Positions 9,501 to 20,719 of a stretch of 64,000 nucleotides of DNA are shown here, one piece after another (position 1 is the stretch's first letter; each line of letters opens with the position of its first letter). The position numbers and the translations under genes are program-made. This DNA is from Euryarchaeota archaeon UBA438 (lineage in GTDB: Archaea > Thermoplasmatota > Poseidoniia > Poseidoniales > Thalassarchaeaceae), in the NCBI GenBank assembly GCA_002504435.1, contig DAQP01000043.1:16810-80809 (forward strand), in the 5' to 3' direction. A model generated the notes under the pieces. The model did not search any database. It worked only from the letters and a program-made list of their open reading frames with translations, and was not told the origin of the DNA.

Positions 9501-12133
9501 CTAACCTCCCCGAGGACGCTTCTCCAGCATTCCACTATTTCTCAGACGCGAGTCAGGAGTCTACGGAACACCACCTAATCATAACATTGGAGGTATTGCA
9601 GATTTTCAGAGCGAATTTGGCTGTAATTTCGCCCCAAGATCAGCCGCATGTGGTTGATGTTGAGGAAGGCTCCCTTGTCGTCCTCAGACTCGAGAATCCC
9701 GGTAACGGCGATGACGTATACTCACTTGGCTATTCGGTGATTATAGACTCCAATATTTCCAGCGACCCTGGAGTAGTTGTGGAATTCTCGGTAGGAGAAG
9801 TCGGACTTACTTCGGGGAGCCTGACAACTATTCCAGTAACGGTAACTCTCCCTGAAAGTACGCCAGCAGGGGTTCCTTTGTGGCTTGAGTTCACCGTAAT
9901 GTCACAAGGCGACCCGGGAGTATCGTCCTCCGACACCGTTGCCCTTGAGGCCAGACAGGACCACAGGTGGGATATCGGCGCTAGTGTCGATTCTGTGCCC
10001 ATGGCCAATGGCAGTATTTTCGTCATTAATCCAGGGGTCTCGTTCTCCTTGGAAGTTGATGCGAAAAATGTGGGTAATCTGGAAGATGGAATCAATCTTG
10101 ATGTGATGACCTCGCTTGACCTAGTGGACGGAGACTCAGCTACAGGATGGAGCGCCACTGGAGACTCGGCGGAAAATGTCGCAGTCAACCAGACTGTTTC
10201 TATGAGCATAGTTTCAGCTGTCGATGCTGAATCATGGAGCGGATCATCCATGACCGTCGTAGTCACCGCATCCTCCCAAGGAGAAGAGGTTTCTACGTTC
10301 TCATTCACTATTGAGGCAGGCCATGTCCCATCATGGAACGCAATAGCTGATCAGGCGAATCTTGAGGTTGACCCATTTGGTTCGCAGATAGAGCTCACAG
10401 TTGTGCAGTCTGGTAACTCGCCCACTAGGGCATATGCTTCCATGTTCATTACAGGGGAGTCAGGGTGGTCCGTAGATGAGCCCGACGAGCTCCCTGTCCT
10501 TTCACCCGGAGAGACCGCGCCACTAATTCTCAACATCACCCCTCCAGAGAATGCGGTCTATGGAAGGGCCGTGGAGCTTCACCTCCGCCTAAGGGAAGGC
10601 GACTCTAGTGTGGTCTCCGAGATAGTTTTCCCACTAAGGGTGGCAGTCACGCATGAGTTCTCTCTTACCGGAGAAGGGGACTGGTTAGTGAGTGATTTGG
10701 GAGGGCACCCATTGGCCATGCTCGAAAACCTTGGTAACGCACCTAGCACCATCTCATTACAAGTTCTAAGTCTTCCACTTGGTTGGTCCGTCTCAGGAAG
10801 AACCGAAGTCGTACTGGGTGTTGGCGAGATAACCGGCGTACCACTAGAGTTGGTTCCTAGTGAAGACTGGGATGGCAGTGTGAAGACCATACGAATTCTG
10901 GCGGAAGATACAGCCGGAAACCAAAGGGAAATAAATCTGGATACCGAGAAGGGAGATTTTTCATGGGCGAGTTCTCCTGTCATAGTGTCCACTAGTGGCG
11001 ATAGCGCGCTTTTGGGAATTCATGGAACTGATTCCGGATCCATTGTCACTGATTCATTTTCAGGGTCACTGATTTGGAGTACCCTTGGCGGTTGGGCATG
11101 GCCGGCGACATCCAGTGGAAGTGGCACTATCTCGGTTTCATCGGGTTCCGACCAAGGAAGTCTGGAATACAAGTCAATAGTGGTGGAGCCAGTCACCAGA
11201 GGGGCTAGTTGCTTGGTTTATGGCAGCATTGGCGAAATTACGGCAAGCTGTTCGATAGGAAATGGTACCGAGCCTTTCGATTACACGATAATTCTAGTCG
11301 ACGACATGGGGGGCATGATGGTTTCCCAATCCGGAACCGTAGGGAGGAATACGACTGCAATAGTCAACTTGACCTCGGAAGAATGGGCTCCACTTCCGGG
11401 CAACAGGGAGATTTCAATCAGATTGCTGGACTCTAGGGGGATCCTAGTTACGTCCCAGTCCCAGATTTTCGAAGTTCGGAGAACGGATTGGAACGTCGGT
11501 TTGGTTCAGCTGGAACTGGATGGACAGGGTGCTAGCCAGAAAATTGAAATTTCCACAAGGAGGGAAAATTACGAACTGCTCCCTTCAGGGACGCAATGCA
11601 GCATAAAAATCGAAGCGGGGCAATACACTTCCGTCCACATGGTGGATATGACATCTGCAAATGCCCTAGCCCCTAAGCCATCTATAGATAGGCCAGATGT
11701 TGAGGATTCAACCGAGATGGTCGCCACGATAAGCTGTGACTTCCCGTGGGACCAGGATTCTGATCCTTCGGATAACGTGGCCAGCGTGATTCTTTCGGGT
11801 GGCGAAGAATTGGATAGTGGAATTAGCGATTCGAGCACGGCAGTTGCCGCGGCTGCCATGGTCATCGGTGCTTCGATTGCACTTTCATGGATGGTCAGCA
11901 ATTACAGAGAAGGCCGAGAGATGATGGAGAAAACCAGGTTGGCGGTAGAGAAGAAGGCCCTTGAGAAAAGGGCCGCTCTCAAGGAGAAAATGGCCGATGT
12001 CGAAGAGGAGGTTTTGCCTGAATCTGCTGATGAAGATAGGGAAAAGGTGGCCTCTGAGGAGCCGCCTGCCTCGGAAATTGGTCAGGACGATTCATTCGAA
12101 AGCCGCCTAAACAGACTCATGGGTGAAAGGTAA
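6536..12133 (+). CDS. Large membrane-anchored surface protein: FG-GAP/VCBS-type beta-propeller, CARDB and NEW3-like Ig repeats
   Basis: N-terminal hydrophobic signal; repeated DLDDDGKPEV/DLDLDGDAEL/DIDGDGTLDI; VSAFIENSG...NDV (CARDB-like); repeated ENLGN/ENPGN/KNVGN and LPxGW Ig modules; C-terminal TM plus charged tail. Confidence 0.85.
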   Translation: MKVGAAFAVSIMLAMSLSPMLATTGVSRSLEDSNEMRSSGIDPWSDGGQAWPQPGRTPDRVSNPPGHVHSSDSGGGLLSIVDPVINWDFGSDPIGTDSLGTPIADFSSSLTTDPSSEERCGGDSLYTIIVQTDSASGESYMRIIEGEDSDLAWEVSLGVTEKVKASPVVVDLDDDGKPEVIAVYDQGGTLNVDAWSPRLFCSVTGWNPGAGSSQQPIWTWEDDDLMVSSDVGAYVSGWLGGHKPTAQPLLADLDLDGDAELVVAAVNENSGDPVIVALSLPSSGSPATLWEKTLDKGSHPSDPAFAQTDENTGYVVLTTTEYSNGGMWVWRLDSLTGDSGWDGLSLNNIDGDSDAPHIRLPGPVVANLDDDETPEIVVTIPTDADGSGAVDGAEFRGLEISTGAEIWSFEADNGYADAPPIVIDTDDDGTIERVCWVTWWQTATARHGVTGCHDVDGSSPEEAWHRDLEQSSGAPNDEIAVSPPVWMDIDGSGEPELLVAYGRSLWAFDGAEGTGSAINTEWANELELNHRTWSSPALADIDGDGTLDIIIGSTVVSLERSDVRPLLDGGGIELDPTAPSPGEEVTVSAFIENSGTGPIDSEFDAVLYADGVEIGRRTFTSLEPVEPTGSGSFETFSVEWSGPLGDHEFTLELDSFGNLTQTRTDNDVASKIVSIVPTYNASFEIPTEPVRVSPGSSTTASPTVRSTGRLAGTWSLSIDDSELPEGWTWSDSTQEGISNVEIGVDDTWSPDLTITAPSEALGSDSGYLSLTLTLDEDSNVSVSANLPIEANRTRGLSLRGPDGTSQSSGYGLPGQDAEAWFMAENLGNAEEDQILLSWDSTPWGNDLRLYDMEGAERSALILAPGEELALVATLAVPSDAPVGDSVGTPLTMCVGTGTEEETCQTIQLTFHSSNVVSGNHIRSVPANGLEWSVITEMPAESGTITWSLSEMGMAMPGWSWIGTGDISVSGDMITMTGPSGGTSSGSLIANLPEDASPAFHYFSDASQESTEHHLIITLEVLQIFRANLAVISPQDQPHVVDVEEGSLVVLRLENPGNGDDVYSLGYSVIIDSNISSDPGVVVEFSVGEVGLTSGSLTTIPVTVTLPESTPAGVPLWLEFTVMSQGDPGVSSSDTVALEARQDHRWDIGASVDSVPMANGSIFVINPGVSFSLEVDAKNVGNLEDGINLDVMTSLDLVDGDSATGWSATGDSAENVAVNQTVSMSIVSAVDAESWSGSSMTVVVTASSQGEEVSTFSFTIEAGHVPSWNAIADQANLEVDPFGSQIELTVVQSGNSPTRAYASMFITGESGWSVDEPDELPVLSPGETAPLILNITPPENAVYGRAVELHLRLREGDSSVVSEIVFPLRVAVTHEFSLTGEGDWLVSDLGGHPLAMLENLGNAPSTISLQVLSLPLGWSVSGRTEVVLGVGEITGVPLELVPSEDWDGSVKTIRILAEDTAGNQREINLDTEKGDFSWASSPVIVSTSGDSALLGIHGTDSGSIVTDSFSGSLIWSTLGGWAWPATSSGSGTISVSSGSDQGSLEYKSIVVEPVTRGASCLVYGSIGEITASCSIGNGTEPFDYTIILVDDMGGMMVSQSGTVGRNTTAIVNLTSEEWAPLPGNREISIRLLDSRGILVTSQSQIFEVRRTDWNVGLVQLELDGQGASQKIEISTRRENYELLPSGTQCSIKIEAGQYTSVHMVDMTSANALAPKPSIDRPDVEDSTEMVATISCDFPWDQDSDPSDNVASVILSGGEELDSGISDSSTAVAAAAMVIGASIALSWMVSNYREGREMMEKTRLAVEKKALEKRAALKEKMADVEEEVLPESADEDREKVASEEPPASEIGQDDSFESRLNRLMGER

Positions 12134-12146
12134 TCGGGGTTTCTCA

Positions 12147-12773
12147 ATGTCTAGAGCGCCTCCGACACCTGCATTCTACACATTCGACCCCATTACTGTG
12201 GACTTGATCGATCTTGTGCCCCCAATTCAAGCATCCCTGGGTGGAGATCACCGGGAGCTGCTTTCTATGTGCCCACTGTCTGTTGACATCCAAGGCCTCC
12301 GTCAGGGCCAAGAGGCCCCGTTTGATCCCGCCACATTGCTATACCTAGCTAGCGGGGACTGGGGGCCTAAGGGGGGCATGGCTGAGCCTCTTGACTCGAT
12401 GGCGACTAGAGAGAAGCTCGGCAGATTTCCCAGTGAAGACGGCAATGTGATTTCGTACCTTATCTCGTTCACTAGGCAAAGGGGCGACATGACTGTATTG
12501 CACGAGCTACTTGCTAAGCTTTGTGACGGGCTATCTGAAGAGAATCTTGGAGAACCGGGATTCAGGGATGGTTTCGGTGGAATGTCCCTTCTTGGGTGGA
12601 TTGACCCGCGGGAAGTTAGTGAGTTGAGGTCCTCGATACGTTCTGGAAGATGGACTACGTTGGGAGATGAGCCACTTGATGGAGGGGTAGACTATGGATT
12701 TAGGCACCTTCTGTCAATACTAAGATCGGCAGAAAAAAGGGGATGTGGGATTCTAATGAGAAGGCACTCATAA
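12147..12773 (+). CDS. Hypothetical protein (weak YfbM/DUF1877-like C-terminus)
   Basis: ORF starts 13 bp after the giant surface gene; GWIDPREVSEL...FRHLLSILRSAEKRGCGILM. Confidence 0.6.
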   Translation: MSRAPPTPAFYTFDPITVDLIDLVPPIQASLGGDHRELLSMCPLSVDIQGLRQGQEAPFDPATLLYLASGDWGPKGGMAEPLDSMATREKLGRFPSEDGNVISYLISFTRQRGDMTVLHELLAKLCDGLSEENLGEPGFRDGFGGMSLLGWIDPREVSELRSSIRSGRWTTLGDEPLDGGVDYGFRHLLSILRSAEKRGCGILMRRHS

Positions 12774-13685
12774 TCAGAATGTTTTCCCAGTGAGTCTCTC
12801 GTACATCTCGGAGTACAAATTTGCAGTTCTTGAGATGATATCTTCGGGCAGAGAGGGTATGGGAGGCTCTGGCAAACCTGACTCCCTGGCTTGGTAGAGT
12901 TCACTATGGTGTCCAGTGCCCAGATAGTGCTCTCGAACGAATTCCTTCGATAGTGATACTATCTCCCCTCCCTCATATGTTTCAGCGTCCCACCAGCGAT
13001 CCTCGTCCAATGTCCCAAAGGAGTCCACTAGAACTGGTTTCCTTCCAGCCCCCAATGCAAACTCCTTCTTTCCATCAACATGAATTAGACCTCTGGCGGA
13101 GGCTTCCCTCTCGATTATTGCATCTATTGCCAGAACGCACTCGAGGATTGAGTCGAACTCCTCTTCAGTTAGATTTGAGATCTGGAGAGCTTCCTCCCTG
13201 TCGAGAAGCCTGTCGAATTTCTCAAACTTAGTTGACACCTCCAAGTAGGGGCTGGGCAGCTTGACACCCATTTTCAGAGAAAGCCCGGGCTCGAAACCGA
13301 ACTCTTCGGAGCCGACCTCCCCCCTTTCGTACCTCCTCCACCCCGATCCTGCAAGATAATGCCTGCAAATCACTTCTAGGGGCACGAAAACGTTCTCCAT
13401 GTCCCTCGGAATAGCGCCGGGCTCTTTGATGACCTCGAACTTCTTTGCAAGGCACCTATCGGGGGCGTTCATCTCTATCAAATGAGTTTCACATATCCCC
13501 TCTTGTTCAACAAGGTTGAACCAATGACAAGTGGTCCTGTTGAGGCTCTCCCCCTTTCTTGGAACCAAGCTTGGGATGATTTGGTCGAATACGCTAATCT
13601 GATCGGTATATCTGAACTCGATAACTTCGGGGTCATCGGTACTCCATACCTGCTTCACCTTTCCTTGATACATCATCTCCGCCAT
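12774..13685 (-). CDS. purC: SAICAR synthetase
   Basis: YQGKVKQV, TDQISVFD, IPSLVPRKG, PLEVICRHYLAGS, VDGKKEF, DEDRWW, SLSKEFVR. Confidence 0.95.
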   Translation of the reverse strand: MAEMMYQGKVKQVWSTDDPEVIEFRYTDQISVFDQIIPSLVPRKGESLNRTTCHWFNLVEQEGICETHLIEMNAPDRCLAKKFEVIKEPGAIPRDMENVFVPLEVICRHYLAGSGWRRYERGEVGSEEFGFEPGLSLKMGVKLPSPYLEVSTKFEKFDRLLDREEALQISNLTEEEFDSILECVLAIDAIIEREASARGLIHVDGKKEFALGAGRKPVLVDSFGTLDEDRWWDAETYEGGEIVSLSKEFVREHYLGTGHHSELYQARESGLPEPPIPSLPEDIISRTANLYSEMYERLTGKTF

Positions 13686-13731
13686 GTCACGTTTCGGAAG
13701 GGGCACGACGATGAACATTACTGACGTGATG

Positions 13732-14709
13732 TCAGTCCTTTCTGGCCGCTTCCCTCAATATGAATACTGAAAGAAGCAATATTGCAACTATTCTCAAATC
13801 AAAATCGGATTCATCATCCTTGGGCTGATCCGAATCAAATAATTCAGCGGCAGAGTCGATCCCGGGGGATTCAGTGGATGAAAGAATAACGGTCCCTCCG
13901 ACGTGGTAGGGGGAAGAAGAGGTGAATCCTCCGGGAACTTGGTCCGGCGTAACCGAAGCCATGGCGATATCACATAAATCGGATTCGGTCAAGTCGCTGA
14001 GGACATTCTCGAAAACGCCACTGTTGTGGCTGTAAAGAGTGAGTTCCACCTCGTAGTGGCTAGCTATACTATTGGCTATCATTTCTGCCATGTCAACCTC
14101 GAATCCGACCAATTCGCCGCTGGCGCCGAACCTAGTCATGGAGGAGTCTTGGTTCAGCATGCAGACACCGATGTCTCCATCTTCAAACAATATCCTGTGG
14201 AGCGTTCCGCCTTCCGTTGGAGTTGGCCAGGCATCCTCATACTCCTCGAAGTCATAGAAATCTAACTGGGGCCTGTCTGAGAACCAAAGTTGGTGTGTGG
14301 AAATGGCGGTTCCCCTCTGATGAATGTCCGCCAGAGCGGAATTAACTGCATATCTTAGTTCCTCATTCCCCGAATCCTGAGAATTATCTGACCTAATCAT
14401 GGCAATGAAATAATCCGAAATATCGAACATCTCGCCCACAGTAATTGTATTCCACTGAGCAATCATTTCTGAGTCTGTCAATAAATGATGAGGGCCGATT
14501 ACGAAGTCGACCTCACCGTCCCTCAGGGACCTGATAGCAAATTGCATATCCTCAAACTCCATTTCTTGCAAATTTGAATTCTGGGCAACGAAACGAGAGG
14601 AGTCTTCGCCCGAAATAGTGCCAATGGAATAGGACGCTTCGCCTGATGCGGGTAGCCATGAACAAGAAAGCAATATCAGGACAATTAGGATGGCGGCAGT
14701 CCCTCTCAT
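13732..14709 (-). CDS. Family-3 (polar amino acid) solute-binding protein, apparently circularly permuted, C-terminally membrane anchored
   Basis: GELVGFEVDMAEMIA and SPY..G.VIL (normally N-terminal half) lie after LRDGEVDFVIG and ELRYAVNSALADI..GT....HQLWF (normally C-terminal half); signal peptide plus C-terminal TM. Confidence 0.75.
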   Translation of the reverse strand: MRGTAAILIVLILLSCSWLPASGEASYSIGTISGEDSSRFVAQNSNLQEMEFEDMQFAIRSLRDGEVDFVIGPHHLLTDSEMIAQWNTITVGEMFDISDYFIAMIRSDNSQDSGNEELRYAVNSALADIHQRGTAISTHQLWFSDRPQLDFYDFEEYEDAWPTPTEGGTLHRILFEDGDIGVCMLNQDSSMTRFGASGELVGFEVDMAEMIANSIASHYEVELTLYSHNSGVFENVLSDLTESDLCDIAMASVTPDQVPGGFTSSSPYHVGGTVILSSTESPGIDSAAELFDSDQPKDDESDFDLRIVAILLLSVFILREAARKD

Positions 14710-14833
14710 GGAGTAATCAGGGGGCGATTTGACTTAGAATTGGCGGTCCGCCTAGACTATATCCAAGGAAGAATGCCAGAGAATGGGGCTCACCATGTTC
14801 GAAGAGGATTCTCGGCTCTCCGATTCAACAAGA

Positions 14834-16978
14834 ATGAGGGGCGCTGCCCACATAATTTCCATTTCAATAGTAATACTCCTATTGACTTCAGTGAATCCAA
14901 GCCAGGCCTCTGATTTCAAGAGCAGTTGGGAAGTAGTAGAAAGCGGGACTTCTGAGGATCTCCTTACTGCTACTGAAATTGAAGGCGTAATTTGGGCATT
15001 CGGAACAGGGGGTGCGATGCTACACAGTGATGACAATGGAATTACATGGGCTGCCTACGATTCTCCCACTACAAGTGGCATTCTAAACTCGGACTCGGGT
15101 TTTGGGTCCTTGCTGGTTTCGGGAGAAAATGGACTTATGATGCTCAGGAAGAGCGGCGAAGAGCTTTGGACGGACATCCCCCTTCCCGAAGGATCCATTG
15201 TGAATGGAATCTCATTGACCGGGAGTGAAACCGCCGTTGCCGTGGGAGCCCATGGAACAATATGGAATCTTGAGGGGGGGACGTGGGCGGAAACAAACCT
15301 GTCCATAGAAAGTGATCTACTGGGTGTTTCGTTCCTCGATGAGAATCTAGGAATTGTGGTTGGCTCAGATGGGACCATCCTATTTTCCGATGATGGGGGA
15401 GAAAGTTGGGAGTATCGTGAGGCACCCGAAGGAGCGGGTGATGCTGAAATCGTCTCGGTGGAGTTCTACAGCCCCACTAGGATTTACGCCATTACGAATG
15501 ATGGGAGAATTCTAATCTCAATGAGTAACGTAGTGACGGGGACTGATGTAGGGTACATTTGGACACTCGTAGAATTCGAGAGGCACTATCCCGCAGGATC
15601 GAACGAGTATGTCCTTGGTCCGGAGACACTTGACGTCATGCTGACTTCGATTGAGGTAGTAACAACGTCGAAGTTTCTGATGACGGGTGAAGGCGGCTAC
15701 ATCTCAATGAGCATCAATGGTGGGACAATTGTTTCTCAGCAGATTAACCCACTTGGAAACAATAGTGACTTCAACGACATTGTAATGCTGACTGGATTCA
15801 ATGGCGTTGCAGTTGGCGACGGGGGCAAGATACTGTGGACCGAGAATGCTGGTGCAGACGACCAATTAGGATTCGTCGTACCGGAATATGGAAACTTCGG
15901 AGTCTTTGTTGATGAGACTAAGGCAATGTTCCTATCAGGATTCATCGCGACACTGAAAATAGTCGCATTCGGAATTATCCTGGGATTCCTCCTAGGAGTC
16001 ACCCTTGCAATGTGCAAAACATCCCCGACATCACTTAGGTACGTTGTAGAACGTTACGAAGCTAAGTATGTCAGATTGGTTGGGATTCCACTTCTGGCGG
16101 GCGGACTGTACCTATTTTATTCGGCCATACCAGGGGCTAGTAATCTGGGGCTGCAGGGAATTGAGTATGTTTTCCTTCCAGTTGGCGCACCTGTTTCTTT
16201 CGCCAAGATACTTCTGGGAATTGCGCTATTGTTCCTAGGTACACTATTCCTGAGTAATGATGGAAATTTCTCGAAAGTACGGGTTGGACCATTCGCCCTA
16301 AATCCTTGGAGGGTCAGACCGTTGAACGCAATAGCAACCGTTTACACGGACTTCTTCCGTAACACTCCGTTAATTGTCCAGTTCCTATTCATCCATTTCG
16401 GCCTTAGGCTGGGAGCCCTTATCCAGGAACCCGGATTGGAAATTTTTAGCTTCGATAATCTGGAAAATAATCATAACTTCCTGACGGACATTATTGCCAC
16501 ATACGACCATTCTGAAGGCAATTATGGGACGCTGATAGGTGGAGTACTCTACGACTCAGCATTCATCAGTGCCATATGCGCACTAGGATTCAATTCTGGT
16601 GCCTACCAATGCGAAACCATCAGAGGGGCGATTCAGGCAATACCTTCGGCCCAGATGGAAGCAGGAAGGAGCATTGGCCTAACATATTTGCAAACTATGC
16701 GACGAGTCATCATGCCTCAGGCGATTCGGATCTGCATCCCTCCGATGGGAAATGAGATGGTGAATCTGGTATTGAACTCGTCCCTTGCCATGATAATTGG
16801 ATATGCAGAGCTTACTAGGCAGGGCAAGTTGATCGTTGCGAGTACGTTCCAGTATGCATATGCTTGGGGGATGGTTCTGATATCCTACTTCGTGGTCACA
16901 TGGACCCTTGCCCTAATACTAAGGTGGCTAGAGGAAAAAACTAGGATCCCGGGACTAGGGATTACAGGAGGTGAATGA
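14834..16978 (+). CDS. Amino-acid ABC permease (HisM/GlnP type) fused to an N-terminal YCF48/BNR-like beta-propeller
   Basis: Repeats GxxGxIL.SDDxGxxW in aa ~30-345; permease motifs TDFFRNTPLIVQ and AYQCETIRGAIQAIPSAQMEAGRSIGL...VIMPQA...NSSLA. Confidence 0.88.
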   Translation: MRGAAHIISISIVILLLTSVNPSQASDFKSSWEVVESGTSEDLLTATEIEGVIWAFGTGGAMLHSDDNGITWAAYDSPTTSGILNSDSGFGSLLVSGENGLMMLRKSGEELWTDIPLPEGSIVNGISLTGSETAVAVGAHGTIWNLEGGTWAETNLSIESDLLGVSFLDENLGIVVGSDGTILFSDDGGESWEYREAPEGAGDAEIVSVEFYSPTRIYAITNDGRILISMSNVVTGTDVGYIWTLVEFERHYPAGSNEYVLGPETLDVMLTSIEVVTTSKFLMTGEGGYISMSINGGTIVSQQINPLGNNSDFNDIVMLTGFNGVAVGDGGKILWTENAGADDQLGFVVPEYGNFGVFVDETKAMFLSGFIATLKIVAFGIILGFLLGVTLAMCKTSPTSLRYVVERYEAKYVRLVGIPLLAGGLYLFYSAIPGASNLGLQGIEYVFLPVGAPVSFAKILLGIALLFLGTLFLSNDGNFSKVRVGPFALNPWRVRPLNAIATVYTDFFRNTPLIVQFLFIHFGLRLGALIQEPGLEIFSFDNLENNHNFLTDIIATYDHSEGNYGTLIGGVLYDSAFISAICALGFNSGAYQCETIRGAIQAIPSAQMEAGRSIGLTYLQTMRRVIMPQAIRICIPPMGNEMVNLVLNSSLAMIIGYAELTRQGKLIVASTFQYAYAWGMVLISYFVVTWTLALILRWLEEKTRIPGLGITGGE

Positions 16979-17746
16979 ATGCCAGAAAAGGTACTAGACG
17001 TGGAAGATCTGCATATGATTTATGCGGGTGGCGTTCATGCTGTCAAGGGCATATCATTTGAAGTAAAACAGGGAGAGTCTGTTGCCATAATTGGATCATC
17101 CGGAAGTGGTAAGTCGACTGTCCTAAGGTGCATAAATCGACTGATAGAACCTACTGACGGCAAGATTTTCTTGAAGGAGGAGCAGGTTAACACCCCTCAC
17201 ACCGATGTAAATGACTTGCGATCCAGGATAGGGATGGTTTTCCAGTCATTCGAGCTATTTGCGCACCTTAGGGTCCTTGACAATATTACATTGGGCCTGA
17301 GACATGTCAAAGGTATGGGCAAGATGGAAGCAGAGGAAGCAGCAATGTCAGTTCTGGAAAGAGTCGATATGCTCGACAGGATTGATGCATACCCGGGTAA
17401 CCTTTCCGGCGGGCAGAAGCAGCGTGTTGCTATTGCCAGGGCCCTTGCCATGAAGCCGGAGGTTCTGCTTTTCGATGAGCCGACCAGCGCCCTTGATCCA
17501 GAACTCATAGGTTCGGTTTTGGAGACCATCCGTGGACTTGCTGACGAAGGAATGACAATGGTCGTAGTGACTCACGAGATTGGCTTTGCCAGGGATGTTG
17601 CTGATCGAATTATCTACATGGACCAGGGAGTTGTGGCAGAAGAGGGGCCTTCCTCCATCATCAACAACCCTCGGACTGAGAGGCTCAAGAAGTTCCTCTC
17701 ATCCCTTCACGAAGATGAGGTCGTGGAGCAAAATGATGTCGATTAA
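16979..17746 (+). CDS. glnQ: Polar amino-acid ABC transporter ATPase
   Basis: Walker A GSSGSGKST, MVFQSFELF, LSGGQKQRVAIARAL, LLFDEPTSALDPEL, VVTHEIGFA. Confidence 0.95.
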   Translation: MPEKVLDVEDLHMIYAGGVHAVKGISFEVKQGESVAIIGSSGSGKSTVLRCINRLIEPTDGKIFLKEEQVNTPHTDVNDLRSRIGMVFQSFELFAHLRVLDNITLGLRHVKGMGKMEAEEAAMSVLERVDMLDRIDAYPGNLSGGQKQRVAIARALAMKPEVLLFDEPTSALDPELIGSVLETIRGLADEGMTMVVVTHEIGFARDVADRIIYMDQGVVAEEGPSSIINNPRTERLKKFLSSLHEDEVVEQNDVD

Positions 17747-17750
17747 TACC

Positions 17751-20547
<2,797 letters not shown>

Positions 20548-20615
20548 ACCGTTCCCTGCGAGCCTCCGAGAGTATGCTTCCCCTTGAATGGCACTCTATC
20601 TTGAATTTCAGAAAA

Positions 20616-20679
20616 ATTGTACAATGGAAGTGTAGGTCATGCTCATTGTATTTCATATGCATTTCAATTGAGATACAAT
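20616..20679. promoter_or_regulatory. AT-rich divergent promoter with palindrome and inverted repeat (candidate operators)
   Basis: ATTGTACAAT perfect palindrome 20616-20625; ATTGTATTTCA (20645-20655) and TGAGATACAAT (20669-20679) inverted repeat with 1 mismatch. Confidence 0.5.
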
Positions 20680-20719
20680 TAAGACCCCTTGCCTCTCTGT
20701 GCGGCTCGGAGGAAGCAAG

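Noticed and set aside
7130..11901. Many 60-190 aa antisense ORFs opposite the FG-GAP gene (likewise opposite 23807-35777)
   Set aside because: Ser/Pro/Thr-rich shadow frames expected opposite Asp/Gly/Glu-rich genes; no motifs
14742..14752. GGCGG-T-CCGCC palindrome in the SBP/permease divergent promoter
   Set aside because: Only 5-bp arms; expected by chance
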